Source of the DNA: Escherichia coli
GTDB lineage: Bacteria; Pseudomonadota; Gammaproteobacteria; Enterobacterales; Enterobacteriaceae
Assembly (NCBI RefSeq): GCF_050920415.1
Contig: NZ_CP169309.1
Strand: one strand, 5' to 3'
DNA: 64,000 nucleotides
Shown: positions 1 through 14,958 of the stretch, piece after piece
Numbering within the stretch: position 1 is the first letter of the stretch
Layout: every line of letters begins with the position of its first letter
Program-made: the position numbers and the translations under genes
Notes under the pieces: generated by a model
Seen by the model: only the letters and a program-made list of their open reading frames with translations
Told to the model about the DNA's origin: nothing
The model's database searches: none

Positions 1-1253
1 TTACCCAGTTCTATCAGGGCGTGGAAACCGTACGTTCTCTGACCAGCCTCGCGATGCTGACCGGTAACCTCGGTAAGCCGCATGCGGGGGTAAACCCAGT
101 TCGTGGTCAAAACAACGTGCAGGGGGCCTGCGATATGGGCGCGCTGCCAGATACTTACCCTGGCTACCAGTACGTGAAAGATCCGGCTAACCGCGAGAAA
201 TTCGCCAAAGCCTGGGGCGTAGAGAGCCTGCCTGCACATACCGGTTATCGCATCAGCGAGCTACCGCATCGCGCAGCGCATGGCGAAGTGCGCGCCGCGT
301 ACATTATGGGCGAGGATCCGCTGCAAACGGATGCGGAACTGTCGGCAGTACGTAAAGCTTTTGAAGATCTGGAACTGGTCATCGTTCAGGACATCTTTAT
401 GACCAAAACCGCGTCGGCGGCGGATGTCATTTTACCGTCAACGTCGTGGGGCGAGCATGAAGGCGTGTTTACTGCGGCTGACCGTGGCTTCCAGCGTTTC
501 TTCAAAGCAGTTGAACCGAAATGGGATCTGAAAACGGACTGGCAGATTATCAGTGAAATCGCCACCCGTATGGGTTATCCGATGCACTACAACAACACCC
601 AGGAGATCTGGGATGAGTTGCGTCATCTGTGCCCGGATTTCTACGGTGCGACTTACGAGAAAATGGGCGAACTGGGCTTCATTCAGTGGCCTTGCCGCGA
701 TACTTCAGATGCCGATCAGGGGACTTCTTATCTGTTTAAAGAGAAGTTTGATACTCCGAACGGTCTGGCGCAGTTCTTCACCTGCGACTGGGTAGCGCCA
801 ATCGACAAACTCACCGACGAGTATCCGATGGTACTGTCAACGGTGCGTGAAGTCGGTCACTACTCTTGCCGTTCGATGACCGGTAACTGTGCGGCACTGG
901 CGGCGCTGGCTGATGAACCAGGCTACGCACAAATCAATACCGAAGACGCCAAACGTCTGGGTATTGAAGATGAGGCATTGGTTTGGGTGCACTCGCGTAA
1001 AGGCAAAATTATCACCCGTGCGCAGGTCAGCGATCGTCCGAACAAAGGGGCGATTTACATGACCTACCAGTGGTGGATTGGTGCCTGTAACGAGCTGGTT
1101 ACCGAAAACTTAAGCCCGATTACGAAAACGCCGGAATACAAATACTGCGCCGTGCGCGTCGAGCCGATCGCCGATCAGCGCGCCGCCGAGCAGTACGTGA
1201 TTGACGAGTACAACAAGTTGAAAACTCGCCTGCGCGAAGCGGCACTGGCGTAA
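1..1253 (+). CDS. fdhF: Formate dehydrogenase H, C-terminal ~410 codons; 5' end lies upstream of the window
   Basis: ORF open to window edge (frame continues from nt 3); translation recognised as FdhF C-terminal region; stop TAA at 1251-1253 followed by hairpin terminator. Confidence 0.9.
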   Translation, partial: TQFYQGVETVRSLTSLAMLTGNLGKPHAGVNPVRGQNNVQGACDMGALPDTYPGYQYVKDPANREKFAKAWGVESLPAHTGYRISELPHRAAHGEVRAAYIMGEDPLQTDAELSAVRKAFEDLELVIVQDIFMTKTASAADVILPSTSWGEHEGVFTAADRGFQRFFKAVEPKWDLKTDWQIISEIATRMGYPMHYNNTQEIWDELRHLCPDFYGATYEKMGELGFIQWPCRDTSDADQGTSYLFKEKFDTPNGLAQFFTCDWVAPIDKLTDEYPMVLSTVREVGHYSCRSMTGNCAALAALADEPGYAQINTEDAKRLGIEDEALVWVHSRKGKIITRAQVSDRPNKGAIYMTYQWWIGACNELVTENLSPITKTPEYKYCAVRVEPIADQRAAEQYVIDEYNKLKTRLREAALA

Positions 1254-1266
1254 TACAGTCCTTTCT

Positions 1267-1295
1267 ACAGCCTCCTGTCGGAGGCTGTTTTTTTA
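1267..1295 (+). terminator. Rho-independent terminator downstream of fdhF
   Basis: Inverted repeat acagcctcc/ggaggctgt followed by T7 run. Confidence 0.75.
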
Positions 1296-1346
1296 TCCAT
1301 TCGAACTCTTTATACTGGTCACTCCCTACCCAATCGTATTATCAAA

Positions 1347-2036
1347 ATGAAAAAAATTATCGCATTGATGTTGTTTTTGACATTCTTTGCCCATGCGAAC
1401 GGCTCCGAGCCTGGCAGTCAGTATCTCAAGGCTGCAGAGGCTGGAGACCGACGCGCACAATATTTTCTTGCCGACAGCTGGTTTAGCTCCGGCGATTTGA
1501 GCAAAGCCGAATATTGGGCACAGAAAGCCGCCGACAGCGGTGATGCTGATGCCTGCGCGCTGTTAGCGCAGATCAAAATCACCAATCCGGTCAGTCTGGA
1601 CTATCCACAAGCAAAAGTTCTTGCAGAGAAAGCGGCGCAAGCGGGCAGTAAAGAAGGTGAAGTAACGCTGGCGCATATTCTGGTAAATACGCAAGCGGGT
1701 AAACCGGATTATCCAAAGGCGATTTCGCTGTTAGAAAACGCCTCTGAAGATCTGGAGAACGACTCCGCCGTCGATGCTCAGATGCTGCTTGGTTTGATTT
1801 ACGCTAACGGCGTGGGCATTAAGGCCGACGATGAGAAGGCAACCTGGTATTTCAAACGCAGCTCTGCGATTTCACGAACCGGTTATTCCGAGTACTGGGC
1901 GGGAATGATGTTCTTAAATGGTGAAGAAGGTTTTATCGAGAAGAACAAACAGAAGGCGCTGCACTGGCTGAACCTGAGCTGTATGGAAGGGTTTGATACC
2001 GGGTGTGAAGAGTTTGAAAAATTAACTAACGGTTAA
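1347..2036 (+). CDS. yjcO: Sel1-repeat periplasmic protein
   Basis: 229-aa ORF with N-terminal signal peptide and repeated Sel1-like motifs; position between fdhF and gltP as in K-12. Confidence 0.85.
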   Translation: MKKIIALMLFLTFFAHANGSEPGSQYLKAAEAGDRRAQYFLADSWFSSGDLSKAEYWAQKAADSGDADACALLAQIKITNPVSLDYPQAKVLAEKAAQAGSKEGEVTLAHILVNTQAGKPDYPKAISLLENASEDLENDSAVDAQMLLGLIYANGVGIKADDEKATWYFKRSSAISRTGYSEYWAGMMFLNGEEGFIEKNKQKALHWLNLSCMEGFDTGCEEFEKLTNG

Positions 2037-2190
2037 TGTAGGCCTGATAAGGCGCGCCAAGCGTCGCATCAGGCATTGATGTCGGATGCGGCGTAAACGC
2101 CTTATCCGACCTACAAAATCACCCTAAATCAAGCTATTGCGCAGTCTGGCGTAGGCCTGATAAGACGCGGCAAGCGTCGCATCAGGCATC
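2037..2190. repeat. REP/BIME cluster (two palindromic units)
   Basis: gtaggcctgataagRcgc...gcgtcgcatcaggc and tcggatgcggcgtaaacgccttatccgacctac motifs, between convergent yjcO and gltP. Confidence 0.85.
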
Positions 2191-2227
2191 CACACATTGC
2201 CGGGTGTATGTCCCCGGCAATCCTCAA

Positions 2228-3541
2228 TTATTGATCCGCAGTTTTATCAAATTTGCCCAGCACTTCGCGCTCATAAGCCAGCGCTTTCTTACGGTCAAAT
2301 TTGTGTTCCCACTTGGCAATCACCAGCACCGCCAGCGCATTACCCACCACGTTCAGCGCAGTACGCGCCATGTCGAGGATACGGTCAACACCGGCAATAA
2401 ACGCCAGACCTTCCAGCGGGATCCCTACGCTGCCCAGCGTTGCCAGCAACACCACAAACGACACGCCCGGCACGCCAGCAATCCCTTTCGAGGTCACCAT
2501 CAGCGTCAGCACCAGAATGATTTCCTGCCAGATGGACAGGTCAATGCCATACAACTGCGCGATGAAAATAGCGGCAATACTTTGATACAGCGTCGAACCA
2601 TCAAGGTTAAAAGAGTAACCGGTCGGCACCACGAAACTGGTGATCGACGCCGGTGCACCATAGGCTTCCATCTTCTCAATAATTCGCGGCAGCACGCTTT
2701 CAGAGCTGGCAGTGGAGTACGCCAGAATCAGCTCATCTTTCAGAATACGAATCAGGATCCAGACGCTTAACCCGCACAGGCGCGCCACAATTCCCAGCAC
2801 TACCAGCGCGAAAAACAGAATGGCGAAATGCACCAGCAGCACCAGTTTCGCCAGTGGCCACAGAGACGAGAAACCAAAGTTAGCCACCGTCACCGCAATC
2901 AGCGCAAACACACCCACTGGCGCATAACGCATCACCATGTGAGTCACTTTAAACATGGTTTCAGAGATGGAGCGGAACACGGTCACCAGCGGTTCACGAT
3001 GCGTTGCGGGCAGGGAGGAAAGCCCCAGACCAAACAGTACCGAGAAGAAGATGATCGGTAACATTTCGCCTTTCGCCATCGACGCCACAATATTCGTCGG
3101 CACCAGAGACAAAATCGTGCCCATAATACCGTGGGAACTGCTCTGTACCGCTTCTGTAGTGCTCTGATATTTCGAGATATCGACGGTTGCCAGCTGCGAC
3201 ATATCCACCCCGGCACCGGGCTGGAAGACGTTCGCCAGGGTGATCCCCAGAATGATGGCGACAGTGGTGATCACCTCGAAATAGATAATGGTTTTCGCGC
3301 CAATACGCCCGAGCTGTTTGGCATCACCAACACCCGCAATACCCACCACCAGCGTGGAGATCACAATCGGCACAACAATCATTTTGATCAGATGGATGAA
3401 GATATCACCCGCCGGAGAGAGCAAATTGACGACCAGCCATTCGCGACTGTCGCTATGGTAGTGCAGGTAGCTTCCCAGGAGAATGCCCAGCACCATAGCA
3501 AACAGAATCTGCCAGGCCAGGCTGAATTTTATATTTTTCAT
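2228..3541 (-). CDS. gltP: Glutamate/aspartate:proton symporter
   Basis: 437-aa product starting MKNIKFSLAWQILF; ATG at 3539-3541 preceded by GAGGAA RBS; the longer 478-aa ORF in the track is an upstream in-frame extension. Confidence 0.93.
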   Translation of the reverse strand: MKNIKFSLAWQILFAMVLGILLGSYLHYHSDSREWLVVNLLSPAGDIFIHLIKMIVVPIVISTLVVGIAGVGDAKQLGRIGAKTIIYFEVITTVAIILGITLANVFQPGAGVDMSQLATVDISKYQSTTEAVQSSSHGIMGTILSLVPTNIVASMAKGEMLPIIFFSVLFGLGLSSLPATHREPLVTVFRSISETMFKVTHMVMRYAPVGVFALIAVTVANFGFSSLWPLAKLVLLVHFAILFFALVVLGIVARLCGLSVWILIRILKDELILAYSTASSESVLPRIIEKMEAYGAPASITSFVVPTGYSFNLDGSTLYQSIAAIFIAQLYGIDLSIWQEIILVLTLMVTSKGIAGVPGVSFVVLLATLGSVGIPLEGLAFIAGVDRILDMARTALNVVGNALAVLVIAKWEHKFDRKKALAYEREVLGKFDKTADQ

Positions 3542-3881
3542 CAGAATAACTTCCTCAATGGAGCGCCGTTCCCGTTCAGAAACGCGAGAACGTGACATAC
3601 TGCCAGGGCATGAATTGTGTTGCGTTGGTTTGTAGATTTTTTTAACGCTTATAATCAGTATCATTTGCGCGGTATGTTGCGCAACCCTTTAACAACAGAG
3701 CTTTTCGCTGCATTAATGCATAATAACGCGAGTTTATGGTAGGATTAATGAATAACCATTTGTTATGGAAAGATTTTTATTTGTTTAATCTGCAATAATA
3801 CTGATTGGTGATTATTTTTGGTATATGTTCATTCGATTGTTTTTTATGCAGCTCAATAACATAATCTTCATCACCAAATGA

Positions 3882-4478
3882 TTAATCCGATCTTCGCTGC
3901 AACAATTTCGCCATATTAATCGACTCGACCAGCTGTGTCCGGTTGATCCGGGGTGAGTTGAGATCCATCACTTTTTGCCATAATCCGATGGCCTGCGCGT
4001 AGTTCGCCTGCATAAACGCATCGGAAGCCAGCAGCATCAGAGCGGTGATTTCGTTAGAGTCCAGCGCGAGGGCTTTGTCGATCATTGCGCGAGTCTGGGC
4101 GGTCATATGCTGGCTGGCCTGGTAATACAGCACCGTCGCCAGCGCCGCATACAGTTCAGCGTTCTCACCACGTAGTTGCAACGCCTGACGGTACGCCAGC
4201 AGCGAATTGCTGTAATCGTTTTGCCACAGATAATACTCGCCCAGTAACGCCCATTGTTCGCTGTTTTGTGGATTAGCGCGGATTTTATCCTGCAATGCCT
4301 GAAGCTGCGCTTCCGGGGTTTGCTGGCTGGCAAACTGATGTAGCGGATCGCGCTGACGCTGATACTCCGCACGTACCGCCTGCCATTTTGGGCTTAACAG
4401 ATAACTGCCGACACAGAGAAATACCATAAATATCGTGAGTGTTGTCAGCATTTTCACCGGTATTTGAGGCTGTTTCAT
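3882..4478 (-). CDS. nrfG: Formate-dependent nitrite reductase complex TPR protein NrfG
   Basis: 198-aa product starting [14 protein letters not shown]; start overlaps nrfF stop by 4 nt. Confidence 0.9.
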   Translation of the reverse strand: MKQPQIPVKMLTTLTIFMVFLCVGSYLLSPKWQAVRAEYQRQRDPLHQFASQQTPEAQLQALQDKIRANPQNSEQWALLGEYYLWQNDYSNSLLAYRQALQLRGENAELYAALATVLYYQASQHMTAQTRAMIDKALALDSNEITALMLLASDAFMQANYAQAIGLWQKVMDLNSPRINRTQLVESINMAKLLQRRSD

Positions 4479-4858
4479 CGCTTCGCCCTTACCCGCCAGA
4501 GGATCAGTATCATCAGCAGTAACAACACCACTGGCAGCGCCCACAACATCAGCGTCTGACCGGTTAACGGTGGGTTATAGCGAACAAAATCTCCGTAGCG
4601 TTCGGTCATCCAGCCAATGATTTCGACTTCACTTTTCCCCTCCGCCACCATGCTGTAAACCTGATGGCGCATACTGACTGCCACCGGCGCATTGGATTCC
4701 AGTAAGTTCTGATTCTGGCATTGCGGACAACGTAACTGGCTGGCAATAGTTAACGCCTGTTCCTGTTGTTGCGGATTGGCGAATTGCCAGGTGTCTACAA
4801 CCTGAGCGCGCGCAAAACAGGTAAATAACAGCAGTAGCGTGAGAAGCCCTTTATTCAT
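4475..4858 (-). CDS. nrfF: Cytochrome c-type biogenesis protein NrfF (CcmH-like)
   Basis: 127-aa ORF with signal peptide and CPQC thiol motif. Confidence 0.9.
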   Translation of the reverse strand: MNKGLLTLLLLFTCFARAQVVDTWQFANPQQQEQALTIASQLRCPQCQNQNLLESNAPVAVSMRHQVYSMVAEGKSEVEIIGWMTERYGDFVRYNPPLTGQTLMLWALPVVLLLLMILILWRVRAKR

Positions 4859-6533
4859 CGCGCTTCCTCCCCCGCCATCCGCTTAACAATGCGCCCGCAA
4901 TCATCAACAATCCTCCCCCCCAGATCCAGCGCACACCGCGTTGTACATACAAACGAAAAGCGTAACGATCCGGTCCGGTTTTCTCGCCCATGACCGCATA
5001 CCAGTCATGGATGCCGTTCCAGCGAATTGCCGGTTCCATCATTTGCTGACGACGTGCTTCGTAAAAACGCCGCTCCGGCGTCAGTTCACCAATGCGTTGC
5101 TGATGGTCAAACAGCGCCACTATCGCTTTTTCGCTGGTGTAATTACCTTTGGCTTGCAGATCGAGGCGCTCAAAACGGAAGGTATATCCTGCCAGAGTCA
5201 CCTGCTGACCCGGCTGTAAATTCAGGCTGATCTCCTGACGGCTGACGCTTGAAACCACGATCCCCGCGGCAAATAACAGCACACCCGCATGCGCCAGCAG
5301 CGCCGGAAGCTGCACGCGTTTGCCAGAGACAAACGTCGCCAGCACAATCACCACCAGCATCAACAGACCAAACGGTAACGTCGCGCGGTTAAAATACGGC
5401 GCGCCAACGGAGAGGCGTCCCCAGCCCAGCAGGCCGTAAATCATCGGATAAAGCGTTCCCACCAGCACGATCAGTAGCACTGCGCAAAACAGCAACAGCG
5501 TAGCGAGGATTAACATTTCCCGCGATAACCCCGAAAAATGCACCGCCGGGCCACCGTCCCGCGCTCGCCAGCCATACAGAGCCAGAGACACAAGGCTAAT
5601 CAACGCAAACAGGCTGAACAACGGCACGGCGCGGACGTTATCCAGTGCGAACGCATGAACCGAAACCAGAATGCCAGAGCGGACAATTAAGGTGCCCAGC
5701 AGCGACAGCATCAGAGTAACTATCGCCAGTAACAGCGACCAGTGGCGGAAAATCCCCCGCTGGCGTGTCAGGGACAAACTGTGCAGCAGCGCAGTGGCAG
5801 AAAGCCAGGGTAATAAAGAGGCGTTTTCCACCGGGTCCCAGAACCACCAGCCGCCCCAGCCCAGTTCGCAATAGGCCCACCAGGAACCAAGGATGATCCC
5901 CGCAGTTAATGCCCCCCAGCCTGGTAGTGCCCAACGCCAGCAAATTCGGGCGCTGGCAGCATCAAACTCACCGCGCAGTAGACTCGCCAGCGCCACACTC
6001 GCCGCCACCATCAAACCACCATAGCCGAGATAAAGCAGCGGCGGATGAAAGATAAGACCGGGATGTTGCAGCATCGGATTGAGATCGCGACCTTCGATTG
6101 CTGGCGGAAATATCCGCGCAAACGGATCGGACCACAGCACCACAAACAGTAGCAGTGCGGTGAGCATGAGAGATAAAACGGCTAGCGTCAGCGGAAATAG
6201 CGGATCGGTTTGCTGCCGATAATGCCAGGCAAACAGCGCACTCCACGCGGAAAGGAGTAGCACCCAAAGTAGCAACGAACCTTCATGCCCTCCCCACACT
6301 GCCGCCAGTTTGAGTTCCCACGACAGCAGGCTGTAGCTATGTTGGGCGACATAAATGACCGAGAAATCGCTGATGAGAAAACAATACGTCAGTACGCCAA
6401 AGGCGAGCAGCAGGAGCGCGAACTGCGCCAGAGTGCCGATGCAAGTGAGTCGCATCATGGCAGGCCAGCGCAACCGCACTCCCGCAAAGGTTGTCAACGG
6501 GGTCAACACGTTGACCCCAAGACTTAACAACAA
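4851..6533 (-). CDS. nrfE: Heme lyase NrfE (CcmF-like) for the CWSCK heme of NrfA
   Basis: 560-aa polytopic membrane ORF; the K-12 product is slightly shorter by my recollection, so the true start may be an internal codon near 6509. Confidence 0.88.
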   Translation of the reverse strand: MLLSLGVNVLTPLTTFAGVRLRWPAMMRLTCIGTLAQFALLLLAFGVLTYCFLISDFSVIYVAQHSYSLLSWELKLAAVWGGHEGSLLLWVLLLSAWSALFAWHYRQQTDPLFPLTLAVLSLMLTALLLFVVLWSDPFARIFPPAIEGRDLNPMLQHPGLIFHPPLLYLGYGGLMVAASVALASLLRGEFDAASARICWRWALPGWGALTAGIILGSWWAYCELGWGGWWFWDPVENASLLPWLSATALLHSLSLTRQRGIFRHWSLLLAIVTLMLSLLGTLIVRSGILVSVHAFALDNVRAVPLFSLFALISLVSLALYGWRARDGGPAVHFSGLSREMLILATLLLFCAVLLIVLVGTLYPMIYGLLGWGRLSVGAPYFNRATLPFGLLMLVVIVLATFVSGKRVQLPALLAHAGVLLFAAGIVVSSVSRQEISLNLQPGQQVTLAGYTFRFERLDLQAKGNYTSEKAIVALFDHQQRIGELTPERRFYEARRQQMMEPAIRWNGIHDWYAVMGEKTGPDRYAFRLYVQRGVRWIWGGGLLMIAGALLSGWRGRKRDE

Positions 6534-6588
6534 CGCCAGAAAACCGACTTCAGGAAGGAATACGTCCAGAAACCACCTCTTTTCTGGC

Positions 6589-7545
6589 TTACGCCACCGT
6601 CAACTGCCCAGCGTAGAGAATGAAAAAGCGCAGCATCAACACCCCGACCAGGCTGGCCCCACACGCCGCCAGCACGGCAGGAATCCCGGAACTGCGATTG
6701 ACCCACGGTTTGAGCAACATTGGCACAATCAGCCCCAGCCCGGCGACACCAAGCCAGAACCACCACGTCCAGAAACCGCCGCCCAATGCCGCCACCAGCG
6801 CACGCACTTTACCGTCATCGCCCAGGGCCAGACCGACGAAAAACGCCACCAGCAGGAAGATTTCGCCCCATACCACAGGGATTTCCATACGGTGAACAAA
6901 GTGCGCTTCCGTGGAATGCGGGTTACTGCGTTGGCGTATCGCCATAGCGATCAACGCCACCGCCGCACCGGACGAAATGCCGGAGAAGAGGAATAGCACC
7001 GGCAGGATCGGGTTATTGAGGAACGGATATGATTTCAGCGCCGACAGCAGAAAGCCGGTATAAGCCCCCAGCAGCACCGCCAGCACCAGCATCAATGTTT
7101 CCAGTCCGCGATGAACGGGCGTCAGCAGACTCAGAACCTTTTGTACGATCCCCAGCTTCGGCAACCAGCGTTGTTGCAGGGCAAGCAAATCATGTTCAAA
7201 GATTTTCGCCAGCCACAGCACCAGCACCACCATGTAGAGCTGAAACAGCATCACCCCCATCGACATCACCGAGGTAAAACTGTAGTGGAACATCAGCTTC
7301 CAGAAGGTCCACGGTCTTGTCAGGTGGAAGACGAGGATCAACAGACCGAGGATCACCGCGCCAGGCCCGACAATCAGCGTGGTGCGCAGCAACGTACTGT
7401 CTGCACCGCCCGCCTGCGGGTAGAAGCGACGTAACAGCACGGCCAGCGTCACCAGACCGGCAGAAATACCAATCAAAAACAGGTAGATGGCAATCGGCCA
7501 GTCCCACACCAGCGATTCAAAATGAAATGCGGAAGTCTGCGTCAT
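6589..7545 (-). CDS. nrfD: Nitrite reductase membrane subunit NrfD
   Basis: 318-aa polytopic membrane ORF; overlaps nrfC stop. Confidence 0.92.
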   Translation of the reverse strand: MTQTSAFHFESLVWDWPIAIYLFLIGISAGLVTLAVLLRRFYPQAGGADSTLLRTTLIVGPGAVILGLLILVFHLTRPWTFWKLMFHYSFTSVMSMGVMLFQLYMVVLVLWLAKIFEHDLLALQQRWLPKLGIVQKVLSLLTPVHRGLETLMLVLAVLLGAYTGFLLSALKSYPFLNNPILPVLFLFSGISSGAAVALIAMAIRQRSNPHSTEAHFVHRMEIPVVWGEIFLLVAFFVGLALGDDGKVRALVAALGGGFWTWWFWLGVAGLGLIVPMLLKPWVNRSSGIPAVLAACGASLVGVLMLRFFILYAGQLTVA

Positions 7546-8213
7546 TGGCTCACCTCCCCGTATTTAAACGGTACGCGGTACAGCTTCGGTTTGGTTCCCA
7601 GCGCCAGCTTGTAGCGGTAAGTGGGCTTCTGGCGTAGCAGTTGTGAAATCTCACTGTTGGGATCGTCCAGATTGCCAAACGTCAGCGCCTTCGTCGGGCA
7701 AGCCTCAACGCACGCGGGGAGCTTACCGGCCTGCAAATTGGTCTTACGGCAGAAATCGCATTTGTCCGCCGTCTTCGTGACCGGATGGATAAAGCGCACA
7801 CGGTACGGACAGGCGGCGATGCAGTACTGACAACCGACGCAGAGATCCGGGTTAACATCGACAATCCCGCTGGCAGCATCGCGAAAAGACGCACCCGTTG
7901 GGCAGACGTCAACGCACGGTGCATGGTCGCAGTGCTGGCAAGACTTACGAAAGAAGCGATATTTCACATCAGGAAATTCGCCCTGCGGCTCGCTACGAAT
8001 AATTGTCAGGCGCGAGACGCCTTCCGGCACCTTGTTCACTTCCCGACAAGCATCCATACAGGCAGTACAGCCGATGCATAACGACTCGTCATGCACCATG
8101 CCGTAACGCACCCCATTGATATTCAACGTTTTCGCCACCACGCGTCCTGCGGTGCCGCTGACGGCTGCCAGCACGCCGACGCCGGTGAGAAACTGGCGAC
8201 GAGACCAGGTCAT
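7542..8213 (-). CDS. nrfC: Nitrite reductase 4Fe-4S ferredoxin subunit NrfC
   Basis: 223-aa ORF with Tat-type N-terminus (RRQFLTG) and multiple CxxCxxCxxxCP cluster motifs. Confidence 0.93.
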   Translation of the reverse strand: MTWSRRQFLTGVGVLAAVSGTAGRVVAKTLNINGVRYGMVHDESLCIGCTACMDACREVNKVPEGVSRLTIIRSEPQGEFPDVKYRFFRKSCQHCDHAPCVDVCPTGASFRDAASGIVDVNPDLCVGCQYCIAACPYRVRFIHPVTKTADKCDFCRKTNLQAGKLPACVEACPTKALTFGNLDDPNSEISQLLRQKPTYRYKLALGTKPKLYRVPFKYGEVSQ

Positions 8214-8776
8214 GGCTGCTCCTTAAGCAACGGAACAGACGCCGGGTTAAAGTTCGGATTGGTGCGCTGATCGCTGTGGCAATCGACGCAAATCTTAATC
8301 CGTCCTTTGTCACTTAACGTCTGCATCGTATCTTGCTGTGGATGCAGGGAATGGCAGCTGGCGCACGCCACTTTGGTTACGTGGACATCGTGCGGCCAGA
8401 ACGCTTTTTGCAACTGTTCCGGCAGATGGCAGGACATACAGACGCTGTTCTGCTCTCCAACCTTGTACATCGGCTCGTTAAAGCGCATCACATCTTTCAC
8501 CCCTTCGCGGTGTTGCGGTGATGGCTGGCCGTGACAGTTGGTGCAGGTGACCGGCAGTTTGTTATTTGGGTTGATAACAGAAGCATGTTTGCCATGCATA
8601 CCTTCGGTATCTGGTTTATGACAGTCCAGACAGGCGGCATCCGGGTTACGCTGCTGGGTAACTTCGTAGCAATCACCAGATGCCTGCGCCGCAGGGGTAG
8701 CGGTAATTCCGTTCAGGCTCCACAACAGGCCCGACGCCAGCACCCCGGCAGTTAATAACGAACGTAATACGCTCAT
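8210..8776 (-). CDS. nrfB: Pentaheme cytochrome c NrfB
   Basis: 188-aa product with signal peptide and five CXXCH motifs. Confidence 0.92.
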   Translation of the reverse strand: MSVLRSLLTAGVLASGLLWSLNGITATPAAQASGDCYEVTQQRNPDAACLDCHKPDTEGMHGKHASVINPNNKLPVTCTNCHGQPSPQHREGVKDVMRFNEPMYKVGEQNSVCMSCHLPEQLQKAFWPHDVHVTKVACASCHSLHPQQDTMQTLSDKGRIKICVDCHSDQRTNPNFNPASVPLLKEQP

Positions 8777-8820
8777 ATTCACTCCATTGTGTTTTCCGCC
8801 CCTTGCGAGGCGGAACGGGG

Positions 8821-10648
<1,828 letters not shown>

Positions 10649-12607
10649 ATGAGTCAAATTCACAAACACACCATTCCTGCCAACATCGCAGACCGTTGCC
10701 TGATAAACCCTCAGCAGTACGAGGCGATGTATCAACAATCTATTAACGCACCAGATACCTTCTGGGGCGAACAGGGAAAAATTCTCGACTGGATCAAACC
10801 GTACCAGAAGGTGAAAAACACCTCCTTTGCCCCCGGTAATGTGTCCATTAAATGGTACGAGGACGGCACGCTGAATCTGGCGGCAAACTGCCTTGACCGC
10901 CATCTGCAAGAAAACGGCGATCGTACCGCCATCATCTGGGAAGGCGACGACGCCAGCCAGAGCAAACATATCAGCTATAAAGAGCTGCACCGCGACATCT
11001 GCCGCTTCGCCAATACCCTGCTCGGGCTGGGCATTAAAAAAGGTGACGTGGTGGCGATTTATATGCCGATGGTGCCGGAAGCTGCGGTCGCAATGCTGGC
11101 CTGCGCCCGCATTGGCGCGGTGCATTCGGTAATTTTCGGCGGCTTCTCGCCGGAAGCCGTTGCCGGACGCATTATCGATTCTAACTCACGACTGGTGATC
11201 ACTTCCGACGAAGGCGTGCGTGCCGGGCGTAGTATTCCGCTGAAGAAAAACGTTGATGACGCGCTGAAAAACCCGAACGTCACCAGCATTGAACATGTGG
11301 TGGTACTGAAGCGTACTGGCGGAAAAATTGACTGGCAGGAAGGGCGCGACCTCTGGTGGCACGACCTGGTTGAGCAAGCCAGCGATCAGCACCAGGCGGA
11401 AGAGATGAACGCCGAAGATCCGCTGTTTATTCTCTATACCTCCGGTTCTACCGGTAAGCCGAAAGGCGTGCTGCACACTACCGGCGGTTATCTGGTGTAC
11501 GCGGCGCTGACCTTTAAATATGTCTTTGATTATCATCCTGGCGATATCTACTGGTGCACCGCCGATGTGGGCTGGGTTACCGGACACAGTTATTTGCTGT
11601 ATGGCCCGCTGGCCTGCGGCGCGACCACGTTGATGTTTGAAGGCGTACCGAACTGGCCGACGCCTGCCCGTATGGCCCAGGTGGTGGACAAGCATCAGGT
11701 CAATATTCTCTATACCGCGCCCACGGCGATCCGCGCGCTGATGGCAGAAGGCGATAAAGCGATCGAAGGCACTGACCGTTCGTCGCTGCGCATTCTCGGT
11801 TCCGTAGGCGAGCCAATCAACCCGGAAGCGTGGGAGTGGTACTGGAAGAAGATCGGCAACGAGAAATGTCCGGTAGTCGACACCTGGTGGCAGACCGAAA
11901 CCGGCGGTTTCATGATCACACCACTGCCTGGTGCTACCGAGCTAAAAGCAGGTTCTGCAACGCGTCCGTTCTTCGGCGTGCAACCGGCGCTGGTCGATAA
12001 CGAAGGTAACCCGTTGGAAGGGGCTACCGAAGGCAGCCTGGTGATCACCGACTCCTGGCCTGGTCAGGCGCGTACATTGTTTGGCGATCACGAACGCTTT
12101 GAACAGACCTACTTCTCCACCTTCAAAAATATGTATTTCAGCGGCGACGGCGCGCGTCGTGATGAAGATGGCTATTACTGGATCACCGGGCGTGTGGACG
12201 ACGTGCTGAACGTCTCGGGTCACCGTCTGGGAACAGCGGAGATTGAGTCGGCGCTGGTGGCGCATCCGAAGATTGCCGAAGCCGCTGTCGTGGGTATTCC
12301 GCACAATATTAAAGGTCAGGCGATCTACGCCTACGTCACGCTTAATCACGGGGAGGAACCGTCACCAGAACTGTACGCAGAAGTCCGCAACTGGGTGCGT
12401 AAAGAGATTGGCCCGCTGGCAACGCCAGACGTGCTGCACTGGACCGACTCCCTGCCAAAAACCCGCTCCGGCAAAATTATGCGCCGTATTCTGCGCAAAA
12501 TTGCGGCGGGCGATACCAGCAACCTGGGCGATACCTCGACGCTTGCCGATCCTGGCGTTGTCGAGAAGCTGCTTGAAGAGAAGCAGGCTATCGCGATGCC
12601 CTCGTAA
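10649..12607 (+). CDS. acs: Acetyl-CoA synthetase
   Basis: 652-aa ORF with AMP-binding signature [11 protein letters not shown]; RBS AGGAGA upstream. Confidence 0.96.
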   Translation: MSQIHKHTIPANIADRCLINPQQYEAMYQQSINAPDTFWGEQGKILDWIKPYQKVKNTSFAPGNVSIKWYEDGTLNLAANCLDRHLQENGDRTAIIWEGDDASQSKHISYKELHRDICRFANTLLGLGIKKGDVVAIYMPMVPEAAVAMLACARIGAVHSVIFGGFSPEAVAGRIIDSNSRLVITSDEGVRAGRSIPLKKNVDDALKNPNVTSIEHVVVLKRTGGKIDWQEGRDLWWHDLVEQASDQHQAEEMNAEDPLFILYTSGSTGKPKGVLHTTGGYLVYAALTFKYVFDYHPGDIYWCTADVGWVTGHSYLLYGPLACGATTLMFEGVPNWPTPARMAQVVDKHQVNILYTAPTAIRALMAEGDKAIEGTDRSSLRILGSVGEPINPEAWEWYWKKIGNEKCPVVDTWWQTETGGFMITPLPGATELKAGSATRPFFGVQPALVDNEGNPLEGATEGSLVITDSWPGQARTLFGDHERFEQTYFSTFKNMYFSGDGARRDEDGYYWITGRVDDVLNVSGHRLGTAEIESALVAHPKIAEAAVVGIPHNIKGQAIYAYVTLNHGEEPSPELYAEVRNWVRKEIGPLATPDVLHWTDSLPKTRSGKIMRRILRKIAAGDTSNLGDTSTLADPGVVEKLLEEKQAIAMPS

Positions 12608-12652
12608 CTCTCAATTGCCGGATGCGATCCGGGCAACAAGTCGGAAACGATT

Positions 12653-12732
12653 TGTAGGCCTGATAAGACGCGACAGCGTCGCATCAGGCATTGATTGCCG
12701 GATGCGGCGTATAACGCCTTATCCGGCCTACA
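12653..12732. repeat. REP/BIME cluster
   Basis: tgtaggcctgataagacgcg...tgccggatgcggcgtataacgccttatccggcctaca. Confidence 0.85.
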
Positions 12733-12819
12733 TAAGGCAAGGGTTACCTGGGCGTTAACCCGCTCCCATAAGGGCGCGGGAATTAAAACAATCCCTACAT
12801 TACCTCTGGAGAATCTGTG

Positions 12820-14780
<1,961 letters not shown>

Positions 14781-14958
14781 TCTCTCCCCTTCCCCGGTCG
14801 TCTGACCGGGGAATACTCTTCCTCTCCAATATGCATCATCTTTTCCCATAATATTAAACAAATAAACTCATTAAAAAAATGAGCGATTTTTGACAGTCGT
14901 AGAAAATGATAATGCAGAGAATATGCCTTTTCTTTCTTGTTAATTATAAGGATATTTT

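Noticed and set aside
2204-3595. Several plus-strand ORFs (188, 94, 71, 77, 70, 154 aa) overlapping gltP
   Set aside because: They are antisense to a well-supported transporter gene, have His/Arg/Gln-rich low-complexity translations typical of out-of-frame reading of coding DNA, and lack an RBS.
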